From Brevundimonas sp. (GTDB lineage Bacteria > Pseudomonadota > Alphaproteobacteria > Caulobacterales > Caulobacteraceae): 64,000 bases of DNA. Positions 59,652 through 64,000 of this stretch are shown here, piece by piece; the first letter of the stretch is position 1, and each line of letters opens with the position of its first letter. A model generated the notes under the pieces. That model was not told the DNA's origin and ran no database searches. It worked only from the letters and a program-made list of their open reading frames with translations. The position numbers were made by a program, and so were the translations under genes. Location of the stretch: positions 80,286-144,285 of the forward strand of contig NZ_JAIXTC010000018.1 of the NCBI RefSeq assembly GCF_027484365.1, in the 5' to 3' direction.

Positions 59652-60458
59652 ATGGCCCTCGCCTCCGCCCTCGTTTCCGTCATCATCGACGCCGTCCGCA
59701 AGACGGCCCGCCCCATGCTGCGTGACTTCGGCGAGGTCGCCCATCTGCAGGTGTCGCGCAAAGGCCCCGGCGATTTCGTCACCGCCGCCGACATCAAGGC
59801 CGAGGACACCCTGTTCGAGCTGCTGATGAAGGCCCGCCCCGGCTACGGCTTCCTCGGCGAGGAACGCGGCATGATCGAGGGCACCGACAAGTCCCACACC
59901 TGGGTGGTCGATCCGATCGACGGCACGACCAATTTCATGCACGCCATGCCCCATTTCGCCATCACCGTGGGCCTGCAGCGCTATGCGCCGGACGGGTCCT
60001 CCGAGATCGTCGCGGGCGTCACCTACAATCCGATCATGAACGAGCTGTTCTGGGCCGAGAAGGGCAAGGGCTGCTACCTGAACGACCAGCGCATCCGCGT
60101 CGCCGGCCGCCGAGACCTGTCGGAAAGCCTGATCTCCACCGGCCTGCCCTTCATCGGCAAGTCGGGCCACGCCCAGTCGATCAAGGACATCCACGCCATT
60201 GGCCAGCGCACGGCGGGCATCCGTCGCCTGGGCTCGGCGGCGCTGGACTTCGCCTGGGTCGCCTGCGGCCGTTATGACGCCTTCTTCGAGCGCAATCTGA
60301 AGCCTTGGGACGTGGCGGCGGGCATCCTGTTCGTCACCGAAGCCGGCGGTCTGGTCACGACGATCGAACAGGACGGCGACCCGAAGACGGGCGTCTCGGT
60401 GCTGGCGTCCAACCCCGAACTGCATCCGCAGCTGCGCAAGGTGCTCCAGGCCGCCTAG
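59652..60458 (+). CDS. suhB: Inositol monophosphatase family protein (SuhB)
   Basis: DFVT.AD, GEE, WVVDPIDGTTNF, RRLGSAALD, PWDVAAG. ATG 59652. Confidence 0.93.
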   Translation: MALASALVSVIIDAVRKTARPMLRDFGEVAHLQVSRKGPGDFVTAADIKAEDTLFELLMKARPGYGFLGEERGMIEGTDKSHTWVVDPIDGTTNFMHAMPHFAITVGLQRYAPDGSSEIVAGVTYNPIMNELFWAEKGKGCYLNDQRIRVAGRRDLSESLISTGLPFIGKSGHAQSIKDIHAIGQRTAGIRRLGSAALDFAWVACGRYDAFFERNLKPWDVAAGILFVTEAGGLVTTIEQDGDPKTGVSVLASNPELHPQLRKVLQAA

Positions 60459-60498
60459 GGTTCACAGGGGCGTCACGCCCCTCCCCTACCGCTGGGGC

Positions 60499-61509
60499 AT
60501 GATCCGCATCATCCTCGCCGCCCTGCTCATCGCCAGCCCGGTCACGGCCCAGACCATGCCGCACCCCCTCGTCATCGCCCACCGCGGCGCGTCCGGCGAG
60601 CGGCCGGAACACACCCGCGCGGCCTATGACCTGGCCATCGAACAGGGCGCCGATTTCATCGAGCCGGATCTGGTCATGTCGAAGGACGGCCAGCTGATCG
60701 TCCGGCACGAGAACGAGATCGGCGGTACGACGAACGTGGCCGACCTTCCCGAATTCGCGGAGCGTCGCACGACGAAAACGATCGACGGCGTCCCGACCAC
60801 TGGCTGGTTCACCGAGGACTTCACCCTGGCTGAACTACGGTCCCTGCGCGCCCGCGAACGCCTGCCAAGCCTGCGCCCGGGCAATACGGCCTGGGCCGAC
60901 GAGACGATCCTGACCTTCCAGGGGGTCATCGACATCGCCCGCGCGGCCACGGCCCGCACCGGCCGGGTCATCGGCGTCGCGCCCGAGCTCAAGCATCCGA
61001 GCTATTTCGTCGGTCTGGGCCTGCCGATGGAGCCGCCGTTCATCGAGGTCCTGCGCGCCAACGACCTGATGAGCGCGGACAGCCCGATCATGATCCAGTG
61101 TTTCGAGATCGACTGCCTGCAATCCCTGAATCAGCAGACCGAGGCCCCGCTGCTCCAGCTGATGTCGCCGTCCGGCGGCCCGGCCGATCACCCGGACATG
61201 ACCTATGCCGCCATGGCAACCCCGGAAGGACTCGCCGGGATCGCCGCCTATGCCGATGCCGTCGGGGTCGAGACCGCCCTGATCCTTCCCCGTACGCCCG
61301 CCGGCGCCGCCGGAACGCCGACGACCCTGGTCGAGGACGCCCATGTGGCGGGGCTGAAGGTCGTCGTCTGGACCTTCCGCACCGAGGACCTGTTCCTGCC
61401 CGCAGACTACCGCGGCGACCTTCCCGGATGGATCCGGCGCTTCTACGACCTCAACGTCGACGCCGTGTTCAGCGACTTCCCGGGCGTGGCGGTCAAGGCG
61501 CGGGACTAA
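60499..61509 (+). CDS. Exported glycerophosphodiester phosphodiesterase
   Basis: Signal peptide, IAHRGASG.RPEHT, IEPDLV.SKDG, ELKHP, DAVFSDFP. Confidence 0.95.
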   Translation: MIRIILAALLIASPVTAQTMPHPLVIAHRGASGERPEHTRAAYDLAIEQGADFIEPDLVMSKDGQLIVRHENEIGGTTNVADLPEFAERRTTKTIDGVPTTGWFTEDFTLAELRSLRARERLPSLRPGNTAWADETILTFQGVIDIARAATARTGRVIGVAPELKHPSYFVGLGLPMEPPFIEVLRANDLMSADSPIMIQCFEIDCLQSLNQQTEAPLLQLMSPSGGPADHPDMTYAAMATPEGLAGIAAYADAVGVETALILPRTPAGAAGTPTTLVEDAHVAGLKVVVWTFRTEDLFLPADYRGDLPGWIRRFYDLNVDAVFSDFPGVAVKARD

Positions 61510-63362
61510 GCCTCACGGAACTGCAGCTCCGCCAGACGGGCGTAGAGACCGCCGCGGGCCACCAGTTCGTGGTGGGTGCCCTCCTCGACCGCGATGCCGT
61601 CCTCCATGACCACGATCCGGTCAGCGCGCAGGACGGTGGCCAGACGGTGGGCGATCACAAGCGTCGTGCGTCCCTCCATCGCCTGATCCAGCGCCGCCTG
61701 CACCAGCCGCTCATTCTCCGCGTCCAGGGCGCTGGTCGCCTCGTCCAGCAGCAGGATCGGCGCATCACGGACCAGGGCCCGGGCGATGGCGAGCCTCTGG
61801 CGCTGACCGCCCGACAGGCTCTTGCCGCGCTCGCCCAGCGGCGTGGCGAACCCTTCCGGCAAGGCGTCGATGAACTGCAGCGCCTGGGCCTCCTCGGCCG
61901 CCTTGCGCACCTCGTCTTCCGAAGCCGCCTCGCGGCCGAAACGGATGTTTTCCAGCGATGAGCCCGAGAACAGGGGCGCCTCCTGCGACACCCAGGCAAA
62001 CCGCCCGCGCACCTCGGCGGGATCGGCTGCGCGCACATCGACGCCGTCCACGCTGACCGCGCCTTCCTGCGGGTCGTAGAAGCGCAGCAACAGGCGGAAG
62101 ACCGTCGACTTGCCGGCTCCCGAAGGCCCGACCAGGGCCACGGTCTCGCCCGGGCGCACCGTCAGGTCGAACCCCTTCAGCGCGGGCAGGTCGGGTCGGC
62201 CCGGATAGGCGAACCTGACTCCGGCCATGGCCACCCGGCCCTCCGGCGGGCTCGGCAGGGCCACGGGCGAGGCGGGCGCCATGATCGAGGGCACGGCCTT
62301 CATCAGTTCGTCGATCCGCTGCATGGCGCCGGACGCCTTCTGGACGTCGCCCCAGCTCTCGCCGAGCGCGCCGACGGCGCCGGCCGTGAACACCGACAGC
62401 AGAACGAACTGCAGCAAGGCGCCGGGGGTCATGGCGCCGCGCACCACGTCCTGGGCCCCCAGCCAGAGCACAAGGGTCACGCCGCCGAAGATCACGACGA
62501 TGACCACCGCGGTCATCCAGGCCCGTGCCCGCATCCGCACGATGGAGACGCCGAACGCCTCCTCCACCACCGCCCCGAACCGGTCCGCCGCGCTGCGCAC
62601 CCGGCCGAAGGCCTGCACCGTCTCGATGGCGTCGACGCTCTCGCCGGCGAAGCCGACGGCGTTGGCGAATCGGTCCTGCGACCGGACGGTCAGCTTCCGG
62701 ACGCTGCGCCCGAACAGGAAGATCGGCGCCATCAGCAAGGGGGCGGTCAGCAGGACCAGGCCGGTCAGCTTGGGGCTGACCACGAACAACAGGGCGACGC
62801 CGCCCAGCAGGGTCAGGAAATTCCTCAGGGCAAACGACACCGAGGTGGTCAGCAGGGTCTCGACCAGGGCGATGTCGGTCGTGAGCCGGCTCAGCACCTC
62901 ACCGGTCCGCATCCGCGCAAAGAAGGCAGGGTCCAGCGTCAGGATGCGGTCGAACAGGGCCTTCCGGAGGTCCGCGATCATCCGTTCGCCGGTCTTTGTG
63001 ACGTAGAAATACCGGACCGCCGTCGCGACCCCCAGGATCACCGCGTTCAGACCCAGGAACAGGAACCAGCGATTGATGTCGGCGCCGCCGTTCTCGAACC
63101 CGTGGTCGATCGCGCCGCGGGCCGTCGCCGTCAGTGCCAGCGACGCCGCCGTCGAGCCCAGCAGCCAGAAGCCCGCGATCAGGGCGTCCAGACGGTGCTG
63201 CATCAGATAGGGCCAGAGCCGCAGCAGGGGCCGCACATCCTTGCGCTTCTCGCGCCGGGCGCCGGCCTCGCCCATCTGCTCGATCAGGACCGCACCGGCG
63301 CCGGGACGTCCAACCGCCTCCGTGCTGGAATAGGCGTCAGGGGTCGGCGAGGGCATGCTCAT
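61506..63362 (-). CDS. Fused permease/ATPase ABC exporter (MsbA-like family)
   Basis: 6-TM domain, [40 protein letters not shown]. Confidence 0.94.
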   Translation of the reverse strand: MSMPSPTPDAYSSTEAVGRPGAGAVLIEQMGEAGARREKRKDVRPLLRLWPYLMQHRLDALIAGFWLLGSTAASLALTATARGAIDHGFENGGADINRWFLFLGLNAVILGVATAVRYFYVTKTGERMIADLRKALFDRILTLDPAFFARMRTGEVLSRLTTDIALVETLLTTSVSFALRNFLTLLGGVALLFVVSPKLTGLVLLTAPLLMAPIFLFGRSVRKLTVRSQDRFANAVGFAGESVDAIETVQAFGRVRSAADRFGAVVEEAFGVSIVRMRARAWMTAVVIVVIFGGVTLVLWLGAQDVVRGAMTPGALLQFVLLSVFTAGAVGALGESWGDVQKASGAMQRIDELMKAVPSIMAPASPVALPSPPEGRVAMAGVRFAYPGRPDLPALKGFDLTVRPGETVALVGPSGAGKSTVFRLLLRFYDPQEGAVSVDGVDVRAADPAEVRGRFAWVSQEAPLFSGSSLENIRFGREAASEDEVRKAAEEAQALQFIDALPEGFATPLGERGKSLSGGQRQRLAIARALVRDAPILLLDEATSALDAENERLVQAALDQAMEGRTTLVIAHRLATVLRADRIVVMEDGIAVEEGTHHELVARGGLYARLAELQFREA

Positions 63363-63495
63363 GCGCGGCTCTTGCCCCGGAACGCCCTGCGGTGTAAACG
63401 CCGCCGCTCATTCCCGCTGGACAACTGGCGGGATTTGTCATTTCGCGCACCGACGGTCGGCATCGTCACCGCGCCCAAGAGACCGGAACACGACC

Positions 63496-63720
63496 ATGAA
63501 GGCCGATACCCACCCCGACTATCACTTCATCACCGTCACCCTGACGAACGGCGACACGTACCAGACACGTTCGACCTACGGCAAAGAGGGCGACACGCTG
63601 AACCTGGACATCGACCCCTCGACCCACCCTGCCTGGACCGGCGGCAACCAGCAGATGCTGGACCGCGGCGGTCGCGTTTCGCGCTTCAACAACAAGTTCG
63701 GCGGCTTCATCAAGAAGTAG
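63496..63720 (+). CDS. rpmE: 50S ribosomal protein L31 (cysteine-free type)
   Basis: [37 protein letters not shown] 63496. Confidence 0.97.
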   Translation: MKADTHPDYHFITVTLTNGDTYQTRSTYGKEGDTLNLDIDPSTHPAWTGGNQQMLDRGGRVSRFNNKFGGFIKK

Positions 63721-63758
63721 TTCTCCGCACCACAGGGTGCGACAAAGACGACACGAAG

Positions 63759-63790
63759 AGCGCCGGTCGCCCGACCGGCGCTTTTTGTTT
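63759..63790 (+). terminator. Intrinsic terminator after rpmE
   Basis: AGCGCCGGTC-GCCC-GACCGGCGCT stem-loop followed by TTTTGTTT. Confidence 0.88.
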
Positions 63791-63875
63791 GTCCGGAACG
63801 TCGATAACATCACCCCGTCCGGCGCACGGGCGTGGACACGGGGCTCCACCAGGCGTCGAACCAAGGCAAGAGACC

Positions 63876-64000
63876 ATGAATCGACGCGAACTCACCCTCG
63901 GCGCCGCCGTTTCGGCTCTCGCCGGCCCGGCTGCGGCCCAGACGGTGCCGATGGGCGCCCCGCCCCAGGCGGCCGTCGCCGCGCCGACCAGCCCCTATTA
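63876..64000 (+). CDS. 5' end of a Tat-signal exported protein, truncated by the window edge
   Basis: ATG 63876 MNRRELTLGAAVSALAGPAAAQ...: twin-arginine motif and AxA cleavage site. Confidence 0.7.
   Translation, partial: MNRRELTLGAAVSALAGPAAAQTVPMGAPPQAAVAAPTSPY

Noticed and set aside
63496-63720. Cys-free L31 as a zinc-starvation paralogue
   Set aside because: The cysteine-free form is the ordinary single L31 in many alphaproteobacteria, and no Zur-like site was recognised.

Overview
High-GC alphaproteobacterial chromosomal DNA. Gene content and order (amiC-rne-M48-scsC, aroQ-accBC-aat, hdaA-ppk1-ppx, pyrB-pyrC', gatCA, bfd-bfr, efp, rpmE) point to Caulobacteraceae, most likely Brevundimonas (inference from synteny and protein style). 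The window is mostly housekeeping core with small accessory insertions. I found no rRNA, tRNA, CRISPR array, transposase or integrase. The most notable observations are: (1) a 922-aa class II ribonucleotide reductase homologue that lacks the radical-site motif but keeps a well-conserved TSCPD/zinc-ribbon tail and tandem NrdR-like boxes 32 bp apart; (2) a dispersed ~60-bp element built on a triple 9-mer, with two near-identical copies 30 kb apart and one diverged inverted copy, one copy abutting a nonsense-interrupted terminase-small-subunit-like HTH gene; (3) two unrelated IPTL-CTERM surface-protein genes in single-gene insertions, sharing an identical 15-aa sorting signal with 9 synonymous codon differences; (4) a CPBP/Abi protease gene frameshifted in a T8 tract inside a peptide-immunity-like ABC island with twin operators; (5) a perfect Fur-type palindrome followed by a terminator-like hairpin (candidate iron-regulated sRNA or attenuator); (6) an alphaproteobacterial LexA box in front of a DUF3224 gene and a His-rich TPR gene. 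All family assignments come from motif recognition by eye; no database search was run.
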